64,000 bases of DNA from Anaerolineae bacterium (lineage in GTDB: Bacteria; Chloroflexota; Anaerolineae; Aggregatilineales; JAFGMM01): the NCBI GenBank assembly GCA_027494055.1, contig JAOSJO010000024.1:40219-104218 (forward strand), written 5' to 3'. The position numbers and the translations under genes are program-made. Positions 22,309 to 32,242 of this stretch are shown piece by piece. Each line of letters starts with the position of its first letter. Positions within the stretch are counted from its first letter, which is position 1. A model generated the notes under the pieces. That model did not search any database and was not told the origin of the DNA. It was given only the letters and a program-made list of their open reading frames with translations.

Positions 22309-23133
22309 TCAGGCCTCTTCCGCCACCGCCGCCGGCGCGGACGTCAGCACGGGCGCCACCATCGGCGTGCCGTGGAGCGGGTGCGCGCTCACCGTGATGG
22401 GGACGCCGTAGACCTCACTGAGCAGGTCGGCACGCAGAACATCGTGCGGCGTGCCGACGGCGCGCAGCGCGCCGTTATCCAGCAGCGCCATGCGGTCGGC
22501 GTAGAGGGCGGCCTGGTTCACGTCGTGCAGCGTCATCACGACGGTCAGGTTGTCGTCGTGCGCCAGCGAGCGCACCAGTCCGAGGAGCGTCGCCTGGTGG
22601 CGGAGGTCAAGGTGCGAGGTTGGCTCGTCGAGCAGGAGCGCGGCGGGTTCCTGGGCGAGCGCGCGGGCGATGAGGACAAGCTGGCGCTCGCCGCCGGAGA
22701 GGGCCGCCACGGGCCGGTCGCGCAGGTTGGTCAGGCTGGTGCGTTCGAGGACGCGCTCGACGGTGGCGCGGTCGTGCTCGTTGAGGGGCATCACCCAGCC
22801 GCGATGCGGCGCGCGCCCCAGCGCGACAAGCTGCCACACCGTCAGCGGCCACGCCTGCGACTCAAGCTGCGGCACCAGACCCAGCGCGCGCGCACGCTCG
22901 CGGGCATGGAGCCGGCGCGCGTCTCGCCCATCGACGAGGGCAAACCCGGCGCGGGGGCGGAGAATCCCGGCCATCAGTTTGAGCAGCGTGGTCTTGCCCG
23001 CGCCGTTCGGTCCGATGATGACGAGCACCTCGCCCGGCTCGGCGCGAAGATCGACGGCCTGCAGCACCGCGTGGCCGTTGTACCCAAAGTGCAGCGCGCG
23101 CGCTTCCAGGTGAATCATGTCGTAGCCCTCCAT
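22309..23133 (-). CDS. Cobalamin/iron-chelate ABC transporter ATP-binding protein (BtuD/FepC-like)
   Basis: GPNGAGKTT, LSGGERQLV, LLLDEPTSHLD, HDVN. Confidence 0.93.
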   Translation of the reverse strand: MEGYDMIHLEARALHFGYNGHAVLQAVDLRAEPGEVLVIIGPNGAGKTTLLKLMAGILRPRAGFALVDGRDARRLHARERARALGLVPQLESQAWPLTVWQLVALGRAPHRGWVMPLNEHDRATVERVLERTSLTNLRDRPVAALSGGERQLVLIARALAQEPAALLLDEPTSHLDLRHQATLLGLVRSLAHDDNLTVVMTLHDVNQAALYADRMALLDNGALRAVGTPHDVLRADLLSEVYGVPITVSAHPLHGTPMVAPVLTSAPAAVAEEA

Positions 23134-24134
23134 GCCTGCCCTCTCGCGAGCAGGTAGAGAAAAAACGGGCCGCCGATCATCGCGGTGAGAATCCCCACCG
23201 GCAACTCAACCGGCGCGAGCACCACCCGCGCGGCGGTGTCGGCGACGAGGAGCAGAAGCGCGCCCACCAGGATACTCACCGGGATCACGCGCGCGTGGTC
23301 CGCGCCGACCAGCGCCCGCGTGATGTGCGGCGCCATCAGGCCCACGAAGCCAATCACACCGCTGACCGCGACGGCGGCGGCGGTCACGAGGCTGGCGGCG
23401 GCGACGATCAGCAGGCGCGCGCGCCGGAGGTTCAGCCCCAGGCTTTGCGCGGTCTCGTCGCCGCAGGCCAGCGCGTCGAGCGGGCGCGCCATCATCCAGA
23501 TGACGGCGACGCCTGGTGCCGTGTAGAGCAGGGTGACGCCGATCTGCTCCCACGTGCGCCCGCCCAGCCCGCCGAGCAGCCAGCTAAACGTCTGGCTCAG
23601 GTCCGCCGTGTTGAGGATCATCACCAGCGACACAACCGCCGACAGCATGGTGCTGAAGGCCACGCCCGCCAGCAGCAGCGAGATCACCGAGCCGCTGCCG
23701 CTGGCCTCGGCGACGCCGTAGACAATGATGACAGCGAGGAGCGCGCCGATGAATGCGCCCAGCCCCACCGGGCCGAACCCCGCGCTCGCCAGCGTGACGC
23801 CGCCGGTGATGACCAGCACCGCGCCGAGCGCCGCCCCGCTTGACGCGCCGACCACGTAGGGTTCGGCCAGCGCGTTCTGGAAAAGCCCCTGAAAGGCCGC
23901 GCCCGCCGCCGCCAGCCCGCCGCCGACGACCATCGACAGGAGCACGCGCGGCAGGCGCAGGTCCCAGATGATGACGTTGTGGCTCGGCCTGGCCGCCTCC
24001 GTCCCGGGCAGCAGCGCCTGCACCACGTCGGCGGGGGGGATCACCACCGCGCCAACCGCCAGGCTGAGCACGGCGGTGACCCCCAACGCCAGCATCAGGG
24101 CTGCCGAAATCGAAACGATGCGCCCGTCAATCAC
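23115..24134 (-). CDS. FecCD/BtuC family permease
   Basis: LRLPRVLL, FQGLFQNALAEPYVVGASSGA, GVIGFVGLMAPH, ELPVGILTAMIGGPFF. Confidence 0.95.
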   Translation of the reverse strand: MIDGRIVSISAALMLALGVTAVLSLAVGAVVIPPADVVQALLPGTEAARPSHNVIIWDLRLPRVLLSMVVGGGLAAAGAAFQGLFQNALAEPYVVGASSGAALGAVLVITGGVTLASAGFGPVGLGAFIGALLAVIIVYGVAEASGSGSVISLLLAGVAFSTMLSAVVSLVMILNTADLSQTFSWLLGGLGGRTWEQIGVTLLYTAPGVAVIWMMARPLDALACGDETAQSLGLNLRRARLLIVAAASLVTAAAVAVSGVIGFVGLMAPHITRALVGADHARVIPVSILVGALLLLVADTAARVVLAPVELPVGILTAMIGGPFFLYLLARGQAWRATT

Positions 24135-24142
24135 AGACTGGC

Positions 24143-25048
24143 TCAGTCCTCGAACACGTCAGGATACAGGGCGCGTGCGACGAGTTCAACCGCGTCCGCG
24201 GCGCGCGGGCTGGGCCGTTGCAGGATGTCGTCGTCGAAGCCGTAGATCGCGCCGTTCTGCACGGCGGTGATCGCGTCCCAGCCCTCGCGGGCAGTGATGG
24301 CCTCAGGGTCGATGAAGGTGTTGCCAAGTATCACGTCAGGGTCGCGCTCGATGAGGGCTTCCGCGCTGACGGATGGGAAGGCATCGGTGAGGTCGCCGAA
24401 GATGTTGACCCCGCCCGCGGTTGTGACGATCTCGCTCAGGTAGGTGCTTGGGCCGGCGGTCATGAGCGGGTCGTTCCAGATCTCATAGAAGAAGGTCTTG
24501 CGCGCGTCGGCGGGCACGGTGTCGGCGAGCTTCAGTTCTACTGCGCCGATGCGCGACTCCATCTCGACGACGACCTGCGCCGCCGCAGCAGCGTGGTCGG
24601 TGAGCAGGCCCAGCTTGAGGATGTCGCTGTAAAGGCCGCGCAACTGCACCGGGATCAACACGAAGAACGGGATCCCCAGCCCCTCGAATGCCTGGGCAAG
24701 CTCCGCGTGCAGCGAGTCGCCGATCACGAGGTCGGCCTCAAGGTCCACGATCTTCTCAATGCTGATGGTGTCGGCGGTGTACTGCCCGACGACCTCAACG
24801 GCCTCGACTTCGGGCGGGTAATTGCAGAACTCGCTGCGGCCCACCTGTAGCGCGCCCGCGCCGATGGCCCAGAGAATCTCGGTGTGGCCGGGCGTGAGCG
24901 AGACGACGCGCTGCGGCGGCGCTTCCAGCGTGACCTGGCGACCCAGCGAGTCGGTAAGGGTGAGCGGGTAAGGGCCGTTGCCCGCCTGAGCAGCGCCGGG
25001 CAGCAACAGGGCGACGATCAACGCGATGAGCAGAAACCGTGTTTTCAT
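24143..25048 (-). CDS. Cobalamin-binding periplasmic protein (BtuF-like)
   Basis: Signal peptide, YPLTLTDSLGRQV..PQRVVSLTP..TEIL, RPSPR; located behind a B12 riboswitch. Confidence 0.9.
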   Translation of the reverse strand: MKTRFLLIALIVALLLPGAAQAGNGPYPLTLTDSLGRQVTLEAPPQRVVSLTPGHTEILWAIGAGALQVGRSEFCNYPPEVEAVEVVGQYTADTISIEKIVDLEADLVIGDSLHAELAQAFEGLGIPFFVLIPVQLRGLYSDILKLGLLTDHAAAAAQVVVEMESRIGAVELKLADTVPADARKTFFYEIWNDPLMTAGPSTYLSEIVTTAGGVNIFGDLTDAFPSVSAEALIERDPDVILGNTFIDPEAITAREGWDAITAVQNGAIYGFDDDILQRPSPRAADAVELVARALYPDVFED

Positions 25049-25156
25049 GACCTCCTCCAGGCCAAAGCGATAGGGTAGCGTGTCTCGTGGAGGGGGCGGC
25101 GGCAAGGATCAGGACGTACAGGCATCGGGGACAGACACACAGTACACTCCTAACAG

Positions 25157-25191
25157 CAACCCCGCAGCGGCTTACGCACACTGCGGGGTTG
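25157..25191 (-). terminator. Riboswitch expression-platform hairpin (putative terminator)
   Basis: 11-bp arms CAACCCCGCAG/CTGCGGGGTTG; competing strand at 25242-25250; weak U-tract. Confidence 0.5.
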
Positions 25192-25272
25192 GGAACGATC
25201 TACGGAGGACCGTCGATCACCTCAGGGCTGATACCCTAGCCCCCAACCCCCATCCACGAAGGCCGAGGCTCG

Positions 25273-25415
25273 GTCAAGGCGGGCGACCTGGCTTCCTCGG
25301 CGCGCGGTCGTCGCGCGCCTTGGTCACAGTTGCGGGGCAGCGCCGGACTCGACTCGGTTGAGTGTCACCGGCTTCGCCTTTAATCCCTGCCATCCGGGGC
25401 GAAGGGAACCTTGAA
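25273..25415 (-). promoter_or_regulatory. Cobalamin riboswitch
   Basis: Minus strand AGGUUCCC..UAAAGGCGAAGCCGGUG..AGUCCGGCGCUGCCCCGCAACUGUGA..GAAGCCAGGUCGCCCGCC (B12 box) upstream of btuFCD-like genes. Confidence 0.92.
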
Positions 25416-25483
25416 CGGAGCACTATTCGATTGTGGCAACACTATAGCACGAAAATTCGAAAAAGGGAAGATGTAAGGGCGCG

Positions 25484-26902
25484 CGGGTGCAGGCAAAAGT
25501 TGTCAGGCAGCTTGGGGCAAAGGGAAGGAGGGGGCGCCAAGCTGAGGCCAGTCGCCACTGAGAAACGCGGCGCGCGCCTTTGCCACCTTGCACGCGCCCG
25601 CCTCGCTCCAACGGGCGCCCGCGATTTTGAGGCGTTGCAGGCCGATCTGTTTGCAGCCACTCTCCATCGTGCCAGAGCCAATCTTCAACCCCCTGGCGCG
25701 GAACCTGGCGTAGCGCATGCGGATGCGATTGTGGGCGAAGTAGACGCGCGCGCTGTGGACGGCTTCAGGGGCGCGCGGTCGGCAAGGGCGCGGCACGCGC
25801 GCGCGACAGCGCCTAAGCGTCCCGCCCACAGGTGGGCTTGCTGCTGCTCCCGCCAGGCAAGGGCTGCGGGCGTCTCTTCACCAAAGGCGGCGTGGGCGAC
25901 CGCCGTCAGGTAAGTGCAGGCATGATACCAATCCACGATCTGGACCGCGCGGGGAAGTGCTGCTGCACGATGCGCCAGATCCACGCCGCGCCATCGGCAA
26001 TGAAGATCAGTTCTTCCGCCTGGTCGGCGTGCAGCGCAAACCCGGTCGCCCACACCAGGTCCGCGAAGGCTTCCGCATGGGCGGTGTCCACGTAATACCG
26101 GCGCAAGCGCACCGCGCGTGCGCATCCAGCGTCCACCACACGCCCGCTTTCATCTCGTGCCAGCCATCGGCGAAGGGGGCGAGAAAGCCATCGACCGAAC
26201 CGTACAGGCGTTTCGGCTTGTCGGTGGCGCGCTTGTGCGCCTGCTGCGCCTCCAGGTCCTGACTGTGCGCAAGCTGCGCGGCTTCGGTCGCCATCACCGC
26301 TTCCCCCACCTGCTGACATGCCTTGCGGATGCTGTTCGGACTCAGGTCCAGCAAGGTCGTTTGCGCCAGCAAATCGCTGCTGGTCCCGAAGGCGTCCTGC
26401 ACCCCCACCAGCGCCGCCAGCTTGACCACTGCCGCGCTCATCTGTCCTGGCGTGATCCCTAAGCGCGCGTCCAGCGGGTAGTGCCCGCCGCCGCAGTGCG
26501 GGCACACGTAATACGCCCGCCGGTAGTACACCCGCCCGTGCAGGGTGAGCGTCATCCCGCGCCGCTTGCGCACGTAGTTGGCGACCTCTCCGCAGGCGCA
26601 TGGCTGCGTGTCCGCCGGGTACGGCTCATCCTGCGCTTCCAGCCACGCCTGTAGCACCGCGTTGCCCAACTCATGGACCATCTGTCGCACGGCGGTTTCC
26701 ATCCCGGACAAGTCCTCGGCATCCAGGTCGCCTGGATACGCCTTGACGACCTCGGGCAGCTCGCGCAGCAGGCGCTCTTGCAGGTATGTGATAAAATCCA
26801 TGTCTACCTCTCGCGTGGTGTGGAATTTGCTGGTCAGCTTCTTCCCTACCACGCTTGAGGCTTTTTGTCTACCTTTTCCCTGTCAACTTTTGCTCGCACC
26901 CG
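25484..26902 (-). mobile_element. ISKra4/ISLre2-type insertion sequence
   Basis: TIRs CGGGTGCAGGCAAAAGTTGTCAGG vs reverse complement CGGGTGCGAGCAAAAGTTGACAGG; GGCGCG duplicated at 25478-25483 and 26903-26908. Confidence 0.88.
25503..26801 (-). CDS. ISKra4/ISLre2-family (Mutator-like DDE) transposase, frameshifted
   Basis: RAYYVCPHCG..YPLD, SVDG, IADGAAWIW, IVDWYHA, RMRYARFRARGLKIGSGTMESGCKQ..RLKIAGARW. Confidence 0.9.
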
Positions 26903-26949
26903 GGCGCGAGGTGGCACGACAACCTCCGGGAAGCAGCGCGGGTTTGAAA

Positions 26950-27012
26950 CACGAAGCCACGAAGGGCGCGAAAACGCGAAAAAGTGCGCCCAACCCTTTC
27001 GTGACTTCGTGC
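26950..27012. repeat. REP-like inverted repeat (CACGAAG...CTTCGTG type)
   Basis: cacgaagccacgaagggcgcg ... ccctttcgtgacttcgtg. Confidence 0.5.
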
Positions 27013-27064
27013 TACGGTACCCGATGTGCGCTTCCCAGAGACACCCCCGACCGCGCCCAACCGC

Positions 27065-28645
27065 CTATTTCGGAAACACGCACGTGCGCGAGCGCACTGC
27101 GCGGATGGCGGCCTCCATCGTCGCCTTCGGGATGGGGTGCCAGCGCCCGCCCTCGCGGTAGACGCCGCCGACCTGGGCCGGCAGCCAGAGCGGGTCGTGC
27201 ACGTAGTAGTAATCGCGGTCGTAGCCCGCGACCACCAGCCAGTGCGCGCCCTGGTCTGGCCCGGAGATGAGGTGCGGCGGCAGGTTCAGGCTGGCGTAAT
27301 CCACGAGCGGGATGACCGGCTTGTTGTCGTTGATCTGCGCGATGAAGTAATCGCTCGCGGCGAAGGGCGACTCGACCTCGCACGACAGGCCGTAGTGCGC
27401 GGCCAGGCGCACTAGGTGCCACGCGGTGGTGTACCCCTGCGGCGCGACGCCGGAATAGAATAAGTCGTTCACCGTGAGGCCGTCGCCCAGGCCGGCGTAC
27501 TTGAGCAGCATCAGCACGCAGGCGTGGCCGCAGTCGTTGGGGAGGCGGTTGTCGAGCTGGCTCACCCAGGGCACGTCCAGCTTCCTGTGCGCCGTGATCG
27601 GCGTCATGGCGCGCAGCGCGCGCACGACCTGCCGCTTCTGCGCCAGCGTGAGGTTGGGCAGGTCGCGGATCATGGGGCCGGCATAGACCGCGCTTCGCGC
27701 GCTTGCGGTGTGCGTCAGTTGGGCGGCTTCGATCCACGCCCAGTATTGCGCGCCCTGGCCCATCGCGGCTGCGGCTCGCGCGAAGGCGTTGATAACCTGC
27801 TGGTTGGTGTACTGACCCACAATCTCGCCGGGCTGGTCAAGGCCGTCGTCGGCTGCGCCGGGCGGGATGATGCTCTGCAGGGCCTCAAACCCGGCGTGGG
27901 TGATGGTGCCGTAGCGGAAGTAGCTCACGCCGGGCGCGCCGTGCGCGAACGCCGCCTCGGCCGCGCTAAGCATCTCGCTGCCGGGGACGCCGTGGTATGC
28001 CTGGAGCATCGGGATGATGGGCCGGCCGTAGCGGCTTGCGGATTCGAACGCGCGTGCGACCGCCTCCTGCGGGGAGAGGCCGAACTCCCGGTGGTAGACC
28101 ATCGGGTGGAGGCTCTGCACGTGCGGCAGCCACTCGTTGATGTAAATGGACTGCGGGTGCAGGCCGCGCGCGTCGAAGTTGAGGCCGATGTGGAAGTCCG
28201 CCGGGATGTCAGCGCGGATGCGCGTGATGAGGGCGCGCGCCTCGGTTGGCCCGCCGCTGAAATAGCCCGCGCCGCTCTCGACATCCAGCAGCATCGACCT
28301 GACGCCGGCCACGTTGCACACCGCCGCGACGCGCTGCGCCTCCGCCGCCACATCCACCCCCTTGAGGACCGCCCAGGCGTGGAAGTCGATGTTCGCTGCG
28401 CGGAGCTTGCGCACCCAGCGCACGATGTCGTCTGGCCCAAGGATGCAGAGATCGTGTTTGTTTTCGGGGTCGTCGTACATGCCCTGCCACTGCGACCCGT
28501 CGCTGGTCTTGACGTAGACCGCGTTGACGTTGGGCGCTTCGTGTACCAGCGTGGCGACAATCTCGTCGATGGTGCGCTCGCTGACCGCTTTGCCGGCCCA
28601 GTGGACGATGCCGACGGTCCCGTCGTATGGCGTCTGCGCCGTCAT
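27065..28645 (-). CDS. Glycoside-hydrolase-like TIM barrel fused to C39-like cysteine peptidase
   Basis: N-terminal YVKTSDG..LLDVES..PMVY; C-terminal LDVPWVSQ..NDCGHAC..GAHWLVVAGYD..VHDP. Confidence 0.75.
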   Translation of the reverse strand: MTAQTPYDGTVGIVHWAGKAVSERTIDEIVATLVHEAPNVNAVYVKTSDGSQWQGMYDDPENKHDLCILGPDDIVRWVRKLRAANIDFHAWAVLKGVDVAAEAQRVAAVCNVAGVRSMLLDVESGAGYFSGGPTEARALITRIRADIPADFHIGLNFDARGLHPQSIYINEWLPHVQSLHPMVYHREFGLSPQEAVARAFESASRYGRPIIPMLQAYHGVPGSEMLSAAEAAFAHGAPGVSYFRYGTITHAGFEALQSIIPPGAADDGLDQPGEIVGQYTNQQVINAFARAAAAMGQGAQYWAWIEAAQLTHTASARSAVYAGPMIRDLPNLTLAQKRQVVRALRAMTPITAHRKLDVPWVSQLDNRLPNDCGHACVLMLLKYAGLGDGLTVNDLFYSGVAPQGYTTAWHLVRLAAHYGLSCEVESPFAASDYFIAQINDNKPVIPLVDYASLNLPPHLISGPDQGAHWLVVAGYDRDYYYVHDPLWLPAQVGGVYREGGRWHPIPKATMEAAIRAVRSRTCVFPK

Positions 28646-28812
28646 GGTTGCCGCCCCCTTCCAGATTCCTTTACGTAATAGTGACCATTGACATTGCCTT
28701 AATGACAACTGGCGTCAGCGGACCTTACAATTGTCCATGACGTGCCAGACTGTCAGGGTGTAAGATGCAATTTGCAAGCCAGGTTCAACGTGGACTCGAT
28801 TCAGGAGGTTGA

Positions 28813-28989
<177 letters not shown>

Positions 28990-29093
28990 GCGCAAACTGA
29001 CAGTTTTCCTGCTCACGCCGTAGGCCCTCCGCACGTTGCGGAGGGTTTGCTTTGTCTATGGGGTGATGGGGGGAGAATGAGCGCCGGGCCGCC

Positions 29094-29870
29094 TCAGTCC
29101 GCCATCGACTCGCGGCGCAGCCGGCGCAGGAAATTCGCGCTCTGGAGGCGCTGCTCCAGCAGGTAGGTGATGTACCCGTGCAGCACGCGCTCCAACTCGG
29201 CGTGGAGCGCCCCGCGCAGGTTGAGGACACGCACCGTCTCATAGTCCTGTGTCTGCAGGTAGCGGAGCACCTTGAGGGCGCCGAGGCTGAGGGGCATCAT
29301 GCGCTCGGTGTGGGCGTGCTCCGGGCAGACCACCCCGCCCTCCGCGTAGCTGAAGTACTGGTCCTGTGCGTTGACGGCCTCGTTGCCCACGACACAGGTG
29401 AACAACTGCGGCTGGTAGCCCACCCACGAGAGCAGGCGCAGTTCGTAGAAGCGCGCGGCCAGCCGCAGGTTCTCGATCTCCTCGGTGCACAGGAAGCCGA
29501 GCGTATCGCGCAGCAGGTAGTAGGCGCGGGCGTTCTCTTCCTCCTCGCCGGTGAAGCGGTCCAGCAGCTCCACCACGTGCGCGGCGTAGGCGGCGCGCAC
29601 CAGGTCCTCGTGCAGTGGCAGGTATGGCTCCACCATCTCGACCTGCGAGAGGATGTCGAGGTCGCGCCCCTTGGCGACGAGCATGTCCACGCGCGTGAAC
29701 AACTCGACATGGCCGCCCTTGCGGCTGGTGGGCTTGCGCGCGCCCTTTGCGATCAGCCTGATCTTGCCGCGTCCGGGCGTGAAAACCGTCAACAGGCGGT
29801 CGGCCTCGCCGAAGTCGCGCCGGCGCATGATGATCGCCTCGGTGCGGAAGAGGCGCTCGGTGTTCGGCAC
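29094..29870 (-). CDS. recO: DNA repair protein RecO
   Basis: EAIIMRRRDFGEADRLLTVFT..GKIRLIAKGARKP. Confidence 0.97.
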   Translation of the reverse strand: MPNTERLFRTEAIIMRRRDFGEADRLLTVFTPGRGKIRLIAKGARKPTSRKGGHVELFTRVDMLVAKGRDLDILSQVEMVEPYLPLHEDLVRAAYAAHVVELLDRFTGEEEENARAYYLLRDTLGFLCTEEIENLRLAARFYELRLLSWVGYQPQLFTCVVGNEAVNAQDQYFSYAEGGVVCPEHAHTERMMPLSLGALKVLRYLQTQDYETVRVLNLRGALHAELERVLHGYITYLLEQRLQSANFLRRLRRESMAD

Positions 29871-29872
29871 GT

Positions 29873-30346
29873 TCAGCCCTCCTGCGTCACGCCGTCAGCG
29901 CGCGCGCCCGTGGTTGGCTTCAGGTTGGCCGGCCCGAAACCATCCGGCAGCAGCGCGGCAAGCGCGTACTCGCTGCGGATGTGGCCGTCTGGGTCGGCGA
30001 TGATGACGTGCAGGTCGGGCGCGAACTCAAAGAGAGTCTGCCGGCAGATGCCGCACGGCGTGCCGCCGTCGGCGGTCACGATGGCGATGGCGACAAACGC
30101 ACGCTCGCCCTCGCTCACAGCCTTGACCACGGCGGTGCGCTCGGCGCAGATGGTCGCGCCGTAGGTGGCGTTCTCGACGTTGCAGCCGGTGTAGACCTTC
30201 CCGCCCGCGCCCAAGAGCGCCGCGCCCACCCGGTAGTTGGAGTACGGCGCGTACGCGCGCTCGCGCGCCTGGGTGGCGGCTGCGACGAGGCGGGCGCGCG
30301 CCTCTGCGGTCAGGGTCGGTGAGTCTGTCTGACGTTGCGGGTTCAT
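29873..30346 (-). CDS. cdd: Cytidine deaminase
   Basis: AYAPYSNYRVGAAL, GCNVENA, ICAER, PCGICRQ. Confidence 0.97.
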   Translation of the reverse strand: MNPQRQTDSPTLTAEARARLVAAATQARERAYAPYSNYRVGAALLGAGGKVYTGCNVENATYGATICAERTAVVKAVSEGERAFVAIAIVTADGGTPCGICRQTLFEFAPDLHVIIADPDGHIRSEYALAALLPDGFGPANLKPTTGARADGVTQEG

Positions 30347-30502
30347 GGTATGCCTCGTTACAACCAACTCGTGTCAGGGATGCCTGGGGCAGACCATCCA
30401 GTCTGCCCCCATTTGACGTCTCTGGATGCGTTTGGATTGAGTTTATAGCATTGCATGGAAAAGTCATAACCCGGCGCGCAGGGACCGCCGCGCGCGGGCG
30501 GA

Positions 30503-31840
30503 TCAATCCGGCGCGGCGGCGACCTCGTCGCGGGCGTCGGTGTCGAGCAGGGAGGGGAGGCGCTTGACGCGCACCTTGCGGATGCGCCGCCCGGTCACGG
30601 TAAGCACTTCGATCTGCAGCCCATCCACGTGGAAAGACTCGCCCTCGTGCGGGACGCGCCCCAGCACGCTGAAGATGAACCCGCCCAGCGTATCGCCGGC
30701 GTCGGTGGCGAGGTTGCTCTCGGAGAGTTCGTTGAAGTCGTCGAGGTCGATGCGCGCGTCGAAGATGAACTCGTCCGCGCTCAGTTGCTCGAAGATGGCC
30801 TCTTCGTTGAAGTCGTACTCGTCCTGAATCTCGCCCACGATCTCTTCGATCAGGTCCTCGATGGTGACCAGGCCCGCCGTGCCGCCGTATTCATCCACGA
30901 CGATGGCGATGTGCACCTTGCGTTTCTGAAGCTCCTCGAGGAGGTCCACCGCGCGCTTGGCCTCCGGGATGAAGTAGGCGGGGCGGATCAGACCCACGAG
31001 CGGCTGGTCGAGGCCATCGCGGAAGGTGTTGAGCAGGTCCTTCGCGTAAAGTATCCCCCGGATGTGGTCGATGGAGCCTTCATAGACCGGGATGCGCGAG
31101 TGCCCGGCCTGGATGATGGTGTCAAGCGCGGTTTCGAGCGGCGTATGGATTTCGAGCGCCACCATGTCGATGCGCGGGACCATCACCTCGCGCACCAGCG
31201 TGTCGGCGAACTGGAAGATCGAGCGGATCATCACCCGCTCCTCCTCCTCGATGACGCCGACCTCCTCCCCCGCGTCGACCATCGTCATGATCTCTTCTTC
31301 GGTGAAGGCGCTGGCATCGCTCTCTGCGCCAAGCGGGCCGGCGAGCTTGCTGCTGAGCCACAGCAGCAGTTGTGAGAACGGCGCAAGCAGGCGAAGCGGC
31401 GTCTCAACGGCGACGGTGAGCGTGCAGGCGACGCGCTCGGCGTCGCGGGTGACCAGCGCGCCGGGGATCATCTCGGTAATCAGGATCGTGGCCGTCGTTC
31501 CGAGGAGAATCACGCCGGTGTAGGTCGCAAGCGCAGCCGCGCCGGCGGAGACGCCCAGCCCTTCGAGCCATGCCACAATCGGCGGCGCGATGACCAGCAC
31601 GGCGACCGCGGCGGCGATCAGGTGGAGCGCCGTCACGGCGAGCTGAAGCGTGGCGATGGTGCGGGTTGGGTTTTCGGCCAGCGCGAGCGCCCTGGCCGCG
31701 CCGCGTCGGCCATCTTCGACCATCTGGCGGAGCCGGGCGGAGCGCGCGACCACCAGCGCCTGCCGGGCGCTCGACAGCGCCGCATTGACGCCCAACAATA
31801 TCAGGAGGGCTACCAGCCCGGTAGGGAGGTTACTGTCCAA
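30503..31840 (-). CDS. CNNM/CorC (hemolysin-family) CBS-domain Mg2+/Co2+ transport protein
   Basis: DUF21 TM region, [45 protein letters not shown], CorC C-terminal domain. Confidence 0.93.
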   Translation of the reverse strand: MDSNLPTGLVALLILLGVNAALSSARQALVVARSARLRQMVEDGRRGAARALALAENPTRTIATLQLAVTALHLIAAAVAVLVIAPPIVAWLEGLGVSAGAAALATYTGVILLGTTATILITEMIPGALVTRDAERVACTLTVAVETPLRLLAPFSQLLLWLSSKLAGPLGAESDASAFTEEEIMTMVDAGEEVGVIEEEERVMIRSIFQFADTLVREVMVPRIDMVALEIHTPLETALDTIIQAGHSRIPVYEGSIDHIRGILYAKDLLNTFRDGLDQPLVGLIRPAYFIPEAKRAVDLLEELQKRKVHIAIVVDEYGGTAGLVTIEDLIEEIVGEIQDEYDFNEEAIFEQLSADEFIFDARIDLDDFNELSESNLATDAGDTLGGFIFSVLGRVPHEGESFHVDGLQIEVLTVTGRRIRKVRVKRLPSLLDTDARDEVAAAPD

Positions 31841-32041
31841 TGACGCTTCCTAATCTCTGGCGGCTGCGCCGATGAATCGGAAGCCCCGGCGCAAAAGCAT
31901 CGCCGAGGCGGTGTGCTTGCGTCGTGCAACACCGCACTCGGCGCGTGATGGCCGGGGCTGTTGATCTTTCAGGCAACTACGGTCTGAGCCAGAAGAGTCT
32001 TCGCTCACCTTAAAAACACAGCAACACTGTGTGTCTCCAGG

Positions 32042-32113
32042 CTGGGGAGGCAGGATTCGAACCTGCGAATGCGTGATCCAAAGTCACGTGCCTTACCACT
32101 TGGCGACTCCCCA
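32042..32113 (-). tRNA. tRNA-Gln (TTG)
   Basis: TGGGGAGTCGCCAAGTGGTAAGGCAC GTGAC-TTTGG-ATCAC ..GGTTCGAATCC..CTCCCCAG. Confidence 0.96.
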
Positions 32114-32242
32114 GCGCGGGGTGGATTTTACCATAACGCGCGCCCGCCGGGCAAGGGCATCTGGCCGCGCCCAGTCTGCTTGCCTAAAACCTTACCCATC
32201 GTGTATGCTTCATCGCGAGGTGAGGTCGCAGTGCGGTCAGGG

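Noticed and set aside
31850-32012. M-box or yybP-ykoY riboswitch
   Set aside because: Only fragmentary resemblance (AGGTGAG, TCAACAG, CCATCAC); core consensus is missing, so it is kept as unassigned.
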